Notes under the pieces: model-generated | Told to the model about the DNA's origin: nothing | The model's database searches: none | The model's input: only the letters and a program-made list of their open reading frames with translations | NCBI GenBank assembly: GCA_014305015.1 | Contig: JACRUB010000039.1 | Location: forward strand, 1-35,789 | DNA from: Vulcanimicrobiota bacterium | Lineage (GTDB): Bacteria > Vulcanimicrobiota > Vulcanimicrobiia > Vulcanimicrobiales > Vulcanimicrobiaceae | Direction: 5' to 3' | DNA length: 35,789 nucleotides | Shown here: positions 16,258 through 24,690 of the stretch, in pieces | Layout: every line of letters starts with the position of its first letter | Numbering within the stretch: position 1 is the stretch's first letter | Program-made: the position numbers and the translations under genes

Positions 16258-16911
16258 ATGGAGAATCAAGCTCGCACCGCCAATTGCCGCTGCATGCGCA
16301 ACGAGCGGTTCGAGGGCTTTGTCCAGGAGTGGCTGCGAAACCCCGGCCGCGTTCTTGAAATCGGTTATGGCGACGGGGAGCTCACTAGATTTCTTGCGGC
16401 GCATGGTCATGAGGTCGTCGCGATCGATCCGCAAGGTGAAGACCGGCCGCCTTACGCGCGCACCTCGTTTGAGGATTTCGCAGCTCCAGAGCGTTCGTTT
16501 TCTGCGATCGTTGCAAGCCGTTCGCTGCATCACATTCCGGATCTCAGCGCCGCGCTGCAAAAAATGGCCGGCCTGCTGGATTCAAGCGGCGTCGTTTTGA
16601 TCAACGAATACGGGTGGGAACGTTTTGATATGCGCACCGCCAGCTGGCTGCTCAAATTTCGCCCGAACTTCGCGGACCCGGGCGAGTTATTTGCAGAGTG
16701 GACCGCCGAGCTCTCGGACCTACATACCTCGCTCGCGATGCGTGCCGCGCTCGATGCGCTCTTCGACGAACGTGCCTTCTCCTGGCAGCCGCATTTGAGT
16801 GCGGAATTCCGCGACTCCTTGAGCGAACGACTTGAAATCGACGCAATCGATCGCGGCGAGATCTCGCCGCTAGGCTTTTTCTACGCCGGCGCACTCCAGG
16901 ATGTCGGCTAG
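16258..16911 (+). CDS. Class I SAM-dependent methyltransferase
   Basis: Motif I plus acidic loop: RVLEIGYGDGELTRFLAAHGHEVVAIDP. Post-I/II region FSAIVASRSLHHIPD and GGLLDSSGVVLINEY. The start could be ATG 16294, because only 5 nt separate 16258 from the divergent gene. Confidence 0.75.
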   Translation: MENQARTANCRCMRNERFEGFVQEWLRNPGRVLEIGYGDGELTRFLAAHGHEVVAIDPQGEDRPPYARTSFEDFAAPERSFSAIVASRSLHHIPDLSAALQKMAGLLDSSGVVLINEYGWERFDMRTASWLLKFRPNFADPGELFAEWTAELSDLHTSLAMRAALDALFDERAFSWQPHLSAEFRDSLSERLEIDAIDRGEISPLGFFYAGALQDVG

Positions 16912-17501
16912 AGCGTGCGGCGGCCTTCGAGCGCTTTTGCGAGCGTGATTTCATCGGCGTAGTCGAGATCGCCGCCGATGGGTAAACCGTAGGCAAGACG
17001 CGTAACGCTCACGCCGAGCGGTGAAAGTAACTTGGAAAGGTACAGCGCAGTAGCTTCGCCTTCCGCATTCGGATTGGTTGCGATAATAACTTCGTGGGGC
17101 GATTCGGAGCCGATGCGTTCGACTAATTCTTTGACCCGCAATTGCGCGGGGCCGATGCCGTCCATAGGCGAGATCAAACCGCCAAGCACGTGATACCGTC
17201 CCTTATACGCCGAGGTGCGTTCTAGCGCAAAAATATCCTTGGCTTCCGCAACCACGCACAACAGGGTGCGGTCGCGCCGTTCGTCCGTGCAGAATGGGCA
17301 CGGGTCTTCTTCAGTGATCGAATAACAGATCGAGCACAAGCGAACGCGATCTTTGACCGCGAGAATTGCTTCGGCCAAAGCCTGCGCTTCATTGCGCGGG
17401 CGGTTGAGAAGATAAAAAACAAGCCGAGCGGCGGTCTTTGGTCCGACGGTCGGAAGTTTGCTGAATTCGTTGATAAGGGCTTGAACCGGCCCCGCGATCA
17501 T
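16908..17501 (-). CDS. recR: Recombination protein RecR
   Basis: HhH LPTVGPKTAARLVFYLL; Cys4 zinc finger CSICYSITEEDPCPFC; Toprim LLCVVAEAKDIFALE...YHVLGGLISP. Confidence 0.95.
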   Translation of the reverse strand: MIAGPVQALINEFSKLPTVGPKTAARLVFYLLNRPRNEAQALAEAILAVKDRVRLCSICYSITEEDPCPFCTDERRDRTLLCVVAEAKDIFALERTSAYKGRYHVLGGLISPMDGIGPAQLRVKELVERIGSESPHEVIIATNPNAEGEATALYLSKLLSPLGVSVTRLAYGLPIGGDLDYADEITLAKALEGRRTL

Positions 17502-17522
17502 GTTGCTGACGGAAGAGCCCGC

Positions 17523-17831
17523 CTACATCAAGCCGGGAATCTTGAGCCCGCCGGTCACCGCGCCCATGCGCTTCTCCGATGCGGCCTGTGCTTTTTGCAC
17601 TGCATCGTTCATTGCCACAACAAGCAGATCTTCAAGGGTCTCGGAATCTTCTGGATCGATCGCTTCCTTGGCAATCTTGACGCTTTTGATGCGATGGTCT
17701 GCGGTCATTTCAATCTTCACTGTTTCGCCGGCAGCTGCACCGGTGACAACCGTATTGGCAAGTTCTTCTTGCGCCTTGGCCATCTCCATCTGCATCTTTT
17801 TCATCTGCTGCATGATTTGAGCTTGATTCAT
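17523..17831 (-). CDS. ybaB: Nucleoid-associated protein YbaB/EbfC
   Basis: MNQAQIMQQMKKMQMEMAKAQEELANTVVTGAAAGETVKIEMTADHRIKSVKI...DLLVVAMNDAVQKA is a full-length YbaB. It occupies the classical dnaX-ybaB-recR position. The 209-aa ORF to 18152 runs into dnaX in another frame and is an artefact. Confidence 0.9.
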   Translation of the reverse strand: MNQAQIMQQMKKMQMEMAKAQEELANTVVTGAAAGETVKIEMTADHRIKSVKIAKEAIDPEDSETLEDLLVVAMNDAVQKAQAASEKRMGAVTGGLKIPGLM

Positions 17832-17832
17832 T

Positions 17833-19431
17833 TTATCTAATCCGTTCGCTGGCATATTGTAAGAGATCGGCGGGATCGTCGGCTGGCTGCGCGGGTGAGG
17901 GACCCCGGGCGCTGCGCGCACTGCCGCCGCCGTCGACACGAAATGTGACGCGCACCGGCTCGCCGACGACATCGGCAATCGCGTGCTCGACCAGTTTTTG
18001 TTCGCCGCGCAAAATATCCGCCTCGACATCGTTCGGAAGTTTGATCGTGAGGACATTGCCGTCCAGTGCATCCAAAAGCGCGCGAGAGAGGGGCCCGCGC
18101 AGTGGCATTCGCTCGCCTTCGATACGGGCACGAACGTTATTCCAGCTGGCACGAATTTTTTGCAGGGTTAGCGGTCCACCGTTTGAGGGCTTCTCCGCTT
18201 CCACTTTTGGTTGCGCTTTTGTGGCAGCCGGCGCAGTTTTTGGCGGCGGAGCCTCGGCCGTTTTTGGTTGCGGCATGGCGGTCACGGCAATGGGCGCCGG
18301 GGATCCCGATTCAAGTGCCAAGACCCGTGCGCTCAGCGCATCGATACTCGGGTCTTCCGTAGCGAGCACGAAGCGCAATAGTGCACTCTCGAGTTCAAGA
18401 CGCGGATGTCCCGACGCGCGTGCGGTTGCAAGCGATTCCGTGAGTAGGCGCAGTGCGCGAATGACTTGTGCTTGGGTTATTTCAGCCGAGCGCGCGACCG
18501 CGGCCTGCGCATCTTCGGGCGCGAGATCGCGCGAAAGCAATTGCGGTTCGATACGGCCGACGAGCAAATTACGAAATTCCGAGATCAAGGTGCGAATGAG
18601 CACTTGCATATCGGTGCCGCCGTCGCTCGCCTCGTCGATCGTTTTGAGTATGAGTGCAGCATCGCGGTTTATCATCGAATCGACGAGCGTGCGCGCGTAG
18701 TTGCGGCCGGTAACGCCGAAAGCAAGATCGATCGTTTGCGCCGTGATCCGTCCCTCGGCAAAGGCCGCAGCCTGCTCCAGCAACGTGAGCGCGTCGCGCA
18801 AGCCGCCGTCGGCACGATAGGCGATCGCGGCAAGCGCTTCATCGTCGACTTCGATCTTCTCGCCGGCAGCAATTTCGCGCATGCGCTCGATCATGACCGG
18901 AATCGCGATGCGGCGGAATGCGTAGCGCTGGCAGCGCGAGAGAATCGTTGGAGGCAGCTTCTCGGGCTCCGTCGTCGCAAGAACGAACACGACATGCGGG
19001 GGCGGTTCTTCGAGCGTTTTTAGAAACGCATTTGCGCCTTCTTTGGTGAGCATATGCGCTTCATCGACAATGTAGACTTTGCTGCGCATTGAGCTTGGCG
19101 CAAACTTGACCGCGTCGCGCAACGCGCGAATTTCATCAATGCCGCGATTGCTTGCCGCGTCGATCTCCAGGACGTCCATAGCCGTGCCATTGAGAATGGC
19201 GATGCAATTTTCGCACGTGTTATCGGGCGTGGCCGTCGGGCCGTTGACGCAATCAATGCAGCGCGCGAGAATTTTTGCGGCGGAGGTTTTTCCCGAGCCA
19301 CGCGGGCCCGAAAAGAGGTAGGCGTGTGCAAGGCGCCCATTTTCGAGGGCACTCGTAAGGGTGCGGACGACCGCATCTTGGCCGACTAGATCGGCGAAGG
19401 TTTTCGGGCGCCAGGTTCGATAAAGGGACAC
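17833..19431 (-). CDS. dnaX: DNA polymerase III subunit gamma/tau
   Basis: Walker A GPRGSGKTSAAKILA; Zn module CIDCVNGPTATPDNTCENC; Walker B VYIVDEAHMLT; sensor ATTEPEKLPPTILSRCQ. Confidence 0.95.
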   Translation of the reverse strand: MSLYRTWRPKTFADLVGQDAVVRTLTSALENGRLAHAYLFSGPRGSGKTSAAKILARCIDCVNGPTATPDNTCENCIAILNGTAMDVLEIDAASNRGIDEIRALRDAVKFAPSSMRSKVYIVDEAHMLTKEGANAFLKTLEEPPPHVVFVLATTEPEKLPPTILSRCQRYAFRRIAIPVMIERMREIAAGEKIEVDDEALAAIAYRADGGLRDALTLLEQAAAFAEGRITAQTIDLAFGVTGRNYARTLVDSMINRDAALILKTIDEASDGGTDMQVLIRTLISEFRNLLVGRIEPQLLSRDLAPEDAQAAVARSAEITQAQVIRALRLLTESLATARASGHPRLELESALLRFVLATEDPSIDALSARVLALESGSPAPIAVTAMPQPKTAEAPPPKTAPAATKAQPKVEAEKPSNGGPLTLQKIRASWNNVRARIEGERMPLRGPLSRALLDALDGNVLTIKLPNDVEADILRGEQKLVEHAIADVVGEPVRVTFRVDGGGSARSARGPSPAQPADDPADLLQYASERIR

Positions 19432-19553
19432 GAGCCATGGTTTGACAGGGGCGTTTAGGCGCGCCTGCCGCCGGGTAGAATCACTACAGGAGCCGCTTCC
19501 TCGTTTATGAAGGAGTGGCGTTCTTCGTCACTTGAGGCCAGCCAGCGAACTCT

Positions 19554-21188
19554 TTGGAAACCACAACTATCGATCTGCGAGCCGCGCTTGTTGAGAAGTT
19601 CGGATTCGCTTCGTTCCAGCCGGGTCAAGAAGAGGTCGTCCGCCGTGTTGTGGACGGTCAAGATACGCTTGCGATTTTAGCGACCGGCGCAGGCAAGAGT
19701 TTGACATATCAGCTGCCTGCACTGCTTCTCGAGGGAACGACCGTCGTAGTCAGCCCGCTGATCGCGCTGATGAAAGATCAGCTCGACATGCTCAAACAGC
19801 TCGGCGTCACGCAAGTCGTCGCGCTGAATTCGACGCTGAGCGAGGATCAGGAAGCGGCGGCCCTCGAGCGCATCCGCGCGGGCAACATCAAGATCGTTTT
19901 TGTGACCCCGGAGAAGCTCGAAGATGAGGCCTTTGTCGCAATCCTACAGGGCCTGCACATCCCGCTTTTCGTGGTCGATGAAGCCCACTGTATCAGCCAC
20001 TGGGGGCACGACTTCCGTCCCGCCTATCTCGCCCTCGGGCACGTGATCGCGAAGCTGAGCCATCCGACCGTCCTTGCGCTGACTGCGACGGCCACGCCTG
20101 CTGTCCGTGAGGATATTCTCGCGCAGCTCGGCATCCCGCACACGAAACCCATCGTCAAAGGATTCGATCGTCCCAATCTTGTGTACGAAGTCCGCCGCGC
20201 CGAGAGCGAAGCGGATAAGTTCAAGATTCTTAAGGCGCTCTTCGCCGAAGGCAAGACGCTCGAAGGCACCGGCATCATTTATACCGCGACGATTAAGAAC
20301 GCGCTTGAGGTGCAGAAGTACCTGCACGATTCGCTCGACATTCCGGCAGCCGTCTACCACTCGAAGTTACAAAAGCAAGACCGCATCTCGGTGCACGAGC
20401 TCTTTATGGACGAGTCGATTCGCGCCGTCGTTGCGACAAACGCCTTTGGTCTGGGAATCGACAAGCCGAACATCCGCTTCGTGATGCACTACGATTTGCC
20501 GGGCTCGGTTGAGGCTTACACCCAAGAGGCCGGCCGCGCAGGACGCGATGGCGAGCGCTCCCGCTGCATTTTGATCTACCGCATGAGCGATACACGCGTG
20601 CAAAACTATTTCCTCACCGGCAAGTATCCCAACATTGAAGAAGTGCAGAAAGTCTTCGGAACGCTTGAATATTTCGCCACGCAAGACGGTGGCGTTTCGC
20701 TCACCGACATGCGCAAGATCTCGCAGCTGCCGCTGACCAAGCTCAAAGTTATCCTAGCGTTGCTCAAGAAGTCGGGCTTTATTCAAACGCCGGCGCGTTC
20801 GAAATACGCGCTTACCGAAGACGCGCTGAAGAACCGCGAGCTCGTGCTCAACTTGGCCAACTACGAAACCAAGAAGTCGTACGACCAGAGCAAACTCGCC
20901 ATGATGTTGCAGTATGCCGAGACCACCTCGTGCCGGCGGCGGTTCATCCTGAATTACTTTGGTGAGGACTACGACGTGCCGAACTGCGGTGCGTGCGATA
21001 ACTGCCAGCGAGGCACGAGCGGCATTACGGCCTCCGGCTACCGCATCGCGGATATCGTCTATCATCCCAAGTGGGGACAAGGCACTGTCGAACGCACTGA
21101 AAAAGACTTAGTAACGGTCTTGTTTCCAACAGTGGGATACAAGACGCTGTTGGCCTCGGCGGTAAGTCGCGAAGCGAAGATAGCCTAG
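19554..21188 (+). CDS. recQ: RecQ-family ATP-dependent DNA helicase with a short C-terminal Tudor/DUF3553-like tail instead of HRDC
   Basis: FQPGQEEVV; motif [15 protein letters not shown]; DEAH box [19 protein letters not shown]; motif [12 protein letters not shown]; Zn-binding [28 protein letters not shown] start with no obvious SD. Confidence 0.9.
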   Translation: METTTIDLRAALVEKFGFASFQPGQEEVVRRVVDGQDTLAILATGAGKSLTYQLPALLLEGTTVVVSPLIALMKDQLDMLKQLGVTQVVALNSTLSEDQEAAALERIRAGNIKIVFVTPEKLEDEAFVAILQGLHIPLFVVDEAHCISHWGHDFRPAYLALGHVIAKLSHPTVLALTATATPAVREDILAQLGIPHTKPIVKGFDRPNLVYEVRRAESEADKFKILKALFAEGKTLEGTGIIYTATIKNALEVQKYLHDSLDIPAAVYHSKLQKQDRISVHELFMDESIRAVVATNAFGLGIDKPNIRFVMHYDLPGSVEAYTQEAGRAGRDGERSRCILIYRMSDTRVQNYFLTGKYPNIEEVQKVFGTLEYFATQDGGVSLTDMRKISQLPLTKLKVILALLKKSGFIQTPARSKYALTEDALKNRELVLNLANYETKKSYDQSKLAMMLQYAETTSCRRRFILNYFGEDYDVPNCGACDNCQRGTSGITASGYRIADIVYHPKWGQGTVERTEKDLVTVLFPTVGYKTLLASAVSREAKIA

Positions 21189-21224
21189 AACTCTCTAACG
21201 GAGGAGCAGCTGCACAACCGGGTT

Positions 21225-22847
21225 TTGCTGAGCGCGTTTCTCGCGGCCGGACTACTTGCCGCATTTCCGCTCGCCCTCGTCGCGCAGACCCAAGAGCAAC
21301 CCACGCCGCCGCCGAGCGCGCCGGTGGCTACCAGCGTGCCACTGGGAACGCCGACTCCAATTCCGGTGGGCACCCCGATACCGACGACAACGGCCGTCCC
21401 GATTACCGTCGATCCGCAGTCCGCGGGCGTTCCCGTCGGGGGCACTGCGATCGTGCATGCAAGCGGTATCTTCGGCGATGCGACGGTGACTGTCTCCAGT
21501 CCGGCGTTGCTCGATGCGAGCATCGACCAGGGCACGCGCATCATTACCCTTTCGGGCAAAGCGATCGGCGTGACGACCGTAACGGTTAAGGATGCGCGCG
21601 GCCAGACCCGCGATGTTCCCGTGCGCGTCGCGTACAATGCCGGCACGATTGCCGAGGGGACCGTCATTCACACGACAGGCGATCCGGCCTCCGCAGAGTT
21701 TCTTCGGACGATGGCGGCTGCTGCTGCCGCAAAGCTCGCACGTCCGCGACCCGGAGCAACCGTGATCGCCCCGCCCGATGGCCTGGGCGTTCCGGCTTCA
21801 CTGCAACAAGACAACGTCGTCGATGTAGCCGTGCCCGTGCTCATCCAAGGTCACGACATGTTTTCGGTGCAGGGAACGACGCACGTACGCATCTACAACG
21901 ATGCTGCGCCGCGCATCTCCCCCGATGAGCTGACGGTGAGCGATTTTCCGGAACGCTTAACGGAAAATGGGGAACTCTTCACACGCGAATTAGAACGCGG
22001 CGTTCCAACGCGCTTTTTATACTTTCATTACAACCCGGCCGATCAACCCGCGCGCCGCATTGTCTTGCGCGCACAAAACGCCTCGGGCGAACCGGCACTC
22101 GTGCAGTTCATCTCCGGCAGCGCCGCGGATACAAACGAAATGGCCGCCGGGCACGATTCCACCGAACGCTTCCTCGTTCGTTTGGTGCAAAACGAAGGTT
22201 CGCTCATTACGATTCCGGGAAATTCAAGTATCAATTTGGTCGAGCAAGATCTGCCGCCGAAATACGTCGTCAGCAATCTCTTACAGCTACGCGTGCTTAA
22301 TGGATCGAACGTCCATCTCACGCTCTTTGCGCAAAATGCGGCCGATGACCCGAACGTGCCGCTTGGCGCAGAAACACTGCTCACAAGCACGGTACGGCAT
22401 GCTCGTGGGATCTACAGCATTCCGGAATTCAAACAGCCCGCGACATGGAGCACCACGGATTCGTACCTGGAGCTGCGGATCGGCGAAGTTCCGGTGCCCA
22501 ATGAATTGCACGGCGAGGCGCTCTCGGGCGACTACGGCGTCCTGCAATCCTTCGTCGTGAAGATTCAGAACCCGACGTCTTCACCGCAACCGATCGCCAT
22601 CTATGAAAATCCGCGCGGTGGGCGCGCGACCGGCACGTATTTAATCGACGGCGTGCTGATCCGCTCGCATGGCGTCCCTGCGTTCTCACGCTACAAAATC
22701 CGGCAGTATGTTGTTCCCGCAAAAGGCTACATTCGGGTTACGATTCGCACCATTCCGGAAGCGGGCTCGAGCTATCCATTGCGTTTAGTCTTTGCGCCGG
22801 ACGACGGCAGCGTCGCTCCTGGCGCCCCAGGGTCGCCGGTCTACTGA
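21225..22847 (+). CDS. Secreted protein of unknown function (signal peptide, Pro/Thr linker, Ig-like/pilus-N-like domain, ~380-aa novel domain)
   Basis: Hydrophobic leader LSAFLAAGLLAAFPLALVAQ, then PTPPPSAPVATSVPLGTPTPIPVGTPIPTTT. A beta-rich repeat follows: ITVDPQSAGVPVGGTAIVHA...ITLSGKAIGVTTVTVKDARGQTRDVPVRV. The remainder has no motif I recognise. Start may be CTG 21210 (see findings). Confidence 0.6.
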   Translation: MLSAFLAAGLLAAFPLALVAQTQEQPTPPPSAPVATSVPLGTPTPIPVGTPIPTTTAVPITVDPQSAGVPVGGTAIVHASGIFGDATVTVSSPALLDASIDQGTRIITLSGKAIGVTTVTVKDARGQTRDVPVRVAYNAGTIAEGTVIHTTGDPASAEFLRTMAAAAAAKLARPRPGATVIAPPDGLGVPASLQQDNVVDVAVPVLIQGHDMFSVQGTTHVRIYNDAAPRISPDELTVSDFPERLTENGELFTRELERGVPTRFLYFHYNPADQPARRIVLRAQNASGEPALVQFISGSAADTNEMAAGHDSTERFLVRLVQNEGSLITIPGNSSINLVEQDLPPKYVVSNLLQLRVLNGSNVHLTLFAQNAADDPNVPLGAETLLTSTVRHARGIYSIPEFKQPATWSTTDSYLELRIGEVPVPNELHGEALSGDYGVLQSFVVKIQNPTSSPQPIAIYENPRGGRATGTYLIDGVLIRSHGVPAFSRYKIRQYVVPAKGYIRVTIRTIPEAGSSYPLRLVFAPDDGSVAPGAPGSPVY

Positions 22848-23872
22848 CCGAGCGCCGCTTGGTAGACCGCGCACATGCGAGCGATTGAAGCCGCCCATGC
22901 AAAACGCGTAATTGCTCCGTGGCGGATCGCAGCCGCGCGGCGTTCGGCCTTCTCGCGGTCGTCCAAGATCGCGTTGATGTGAGTAACCCAAGCTTGGACG
23001 TCGTCGCACGGCAGCGTCGGTGCTTCGCCTTCCACCACTTCGGGCAGAGAACTGGAATTGGAAACCAGCAGGGGTACGCCCGCGCACAACGCCTGTGCGG
23101 CGCCATAACCGAAGCCTTCATACTTCGAGGGCATCACGAACACCGCTGAGCGCGCGAAAAGCTCCAGGAGCACCTTGCGTTCGACGTAGCCGCGCCACAC
23201 GATCCGATCCTCGACGCCATACTCGGCCGCTACCTGCTTGCAATGGTGTTCATACGGCGTCGGCGGGCCCGCAACCACGAGACGAACACCGTTTGGTATG
23301 TCGCGAAGTGCGCGAATGACGACCTCGAGATTCTTTCGCGCTTCCACGGTGCCGACACTCAGAATGAATGGCTCGCGCTCGGGATCACGCACGACCTTGC
23401 AGTAGTCTTCTGCCACGCCCGGATACACCACGCGCACGCGGCTTGGTGAAATGTGCAAGAACTGCAATAATTCGCTACGCGAAAATTCACTGTCAACAAC
23501 GATTTGCCGTGCGCGGCGGTAGCGCGCAAGCGAGAAGGCGCCAAAGTAATAGCGCGCGTAGTTCCGCGTATGTCCCTGCGCTCTCAACCATGCGACGTCG
23601 TGGACGGTTACGACCGCAGGACCGTTTAAGAGTAAGGGCATCGTGCCCGCGGTGCAATGCAAGAGAGAGGCGCCGCTTTTTTTGAACGCCATGGGTAGCA
23701 ACACTTGATCCCAGAGAAGGCGCCGATCGAAACGCCACGGATTGAGTGAGTGCTGCTCCAAGACGGAAACCTCCACGCCGTGCGCGTGCAGGCCGCCGAT
23801 TAGTCCCCGGACATACTCCCCGATTCCCGTGGCGGTTCCCACTGCAAGTTGCGCGTCAACCGCAACCTTCAC
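22841..23872 (-). CDS. GT4-family (GT-B) glycosyltransferase
   Basis: MKVAVDAQLAVGTATGIGEYVRGL N-terminus. C-terminal nucleotide-sugar motif VFVMPSKYEGFGYGAAQALCAGVPLLVSNSSSLPEVV. GTG start overlaps the upstream stop (GTGA). Confidence 0.8.
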   Translation of the reverse strand: MKVAVDAQLAVGTATGIGEYVRGLIGGLHAHGVEVSVLEQHSLNPWRFDRRLLWDQVLLPMAFKKSGASLLHCTAGTMPLLLNGPAVVTVHDVAWLRAQGHTRNYARYYFGAFSLARYRRARQIVVDSEFSRSELLQFLHISPSRVRVVYPGVAEDYCKVVRDPEREPFILSVGTVEARKNLEVVIRALRDIPNGVRLVVAGPPTPYEHHCKQVAAEYGVEDRIVWRGYVERKVLLELFARSAVFVMPSKYEGFGYGAAQALCAGVPLLVSNSSSLPEVVEGEAPTLPCDDVQAWVTHINAILDDREKAERRAAAIRHGAITRFAWAASIARMCAVYQAALGQ

Positions 23873-24687
23873 TTCAGGTCGCGATCCAATGCTGCAAGCA
23901 TCTCCGAGTTGGGGTCCAGCGAGCGGCTTCGCCGTTCGTAACTCTCTGCGCTTGCCCGGTTACCCTGCCGCAATGCGACAACACCCATCCCGGCATAGGC
24001 GTCCGCACTCGCGGGATCGACGCTCATGCTCCGCTCAAAATAGTCGCCGGCATTCTTGTACTGTTGCAAGTTGATGGATTGGGTACCGGCCGCCAAGAGA
24101 TATTTCTCCGAAAAAGGTGCAAGCGCGAGCGCGTCTCGATAATCGGCAAGCCCCGCCTGGAGTTGACCGAGTTTACTCGCGAGCACACCGGAGCGCCAGT
24201 AGCTTTCCGCGACCGCATCCGGATGCGTCGCATTCGAGCGCAGCCGCACGCGCACGGCATTTTCAAGTGCGTACGCCCTGTCGAGGTGGCCCGCCTCACT
24301 GAGATGGTCGACCTCCGCCTGCACTGCATCAAGATCAACCGCGTCGAGAAAATGGTTCATTGCCGCACTATGATCGCCTTGCTCGAGCGCGATCCGCGCC
24401 GCTAACTCGCTCCGCGTGACCGAAGGTTCCATGCGAGCCAAGTGCGTCTGCGCGTCCAAAAGATTCTTATCCGAGAGCGCGGAGCGAACGAGCATCGATT
24501 CAACCCATGAAGCCGGAAAAATGCGCTCGATCGCTACGTACACGTTGCGGCCGAATTCCGATGGAATACGCGCGGGAATCGACGCCGGGCTGCCGGCGCT
24601 TGAATAAATGGATGCCGACGCCGCTTGGAGCACAGCCAAACTCACGAGGAATGCCATCGCTGCGGTGTAGAGAACCCGCCTAAGCAA
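23869..24687 (-). CDS. Secreted TPR-repeat protein
   Basis: Signal peptide MLRRVLYTAAMAFLVSLAVLQAASA. TPR-like repeats, e.g. YKNAGDYFERSMSVDPASADAYAGMGVVALRQGNRASAESYERRSRSLDP. 3-nt gap after the OmpM-like gene. Confidence 0.6.
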   Translation of the reverse strand: MLRRVLYTAAMAFLVSLAVLQAASASIYSSAGSPASIPARIPSEFGRNVYVAIERIFPASWVESMLVRSALSDKNLLDAQTHLARMEPSVTRSELAARIALEQGDHSAAMNHFLDAVDLDAVQAEVDHLSEAGHLDRAYALENAVRVRLRSNATHPDAVAESYWRSGVLASKLGQLQAGLADYRDALALAPFSEKYLLAAGTQSINLQQYKNAGDYFERSMSVDPASADAYAGMGVVALRQGNRASAESYERRSRSLDPNSEMLAALDRDLK

Positions 24688-24690
24688 GTC

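Noticed and set aside
17833-19431. Programmed -1 frameshift site (A AAA AAG) in dnaX for gamma-subunit production.
   Set aside because: No A-AAA-AAG heptamer (plus-strand CTTTTTT) was found in the gene by eye. Only short CAAAAAC runs occur.
19432-19553. Possible SRP (4.5S/ffs) RNA upstream of dnaX, as in the ffs-dnaX-ybaB-recR arrangement of many Gram-positives. The minus strand contains GAGGAAGCGGC, reminiscent of the GGAAGCAGC arm.
   Set aside because: The preceding sequence lacks the CAGG..GGAA tetraloop arm and I could not fold a convincing helix 8. It is more likely just the divergent dnaX/recQ promoter region. A covariance-model scan (Rfam RF00169) would settle it.
19507-19680. 57-codon ORF ([20 protein letters not shown]...) overlapping the recQ start in another frame, with a GAAGGAG-like element nearby.
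   Set aside because: The purine-rich element overlaps rather than precedes the ATG. The product is Arg/Ser-rich low complexity, and the overlapping frame has clear RecQ motifs.
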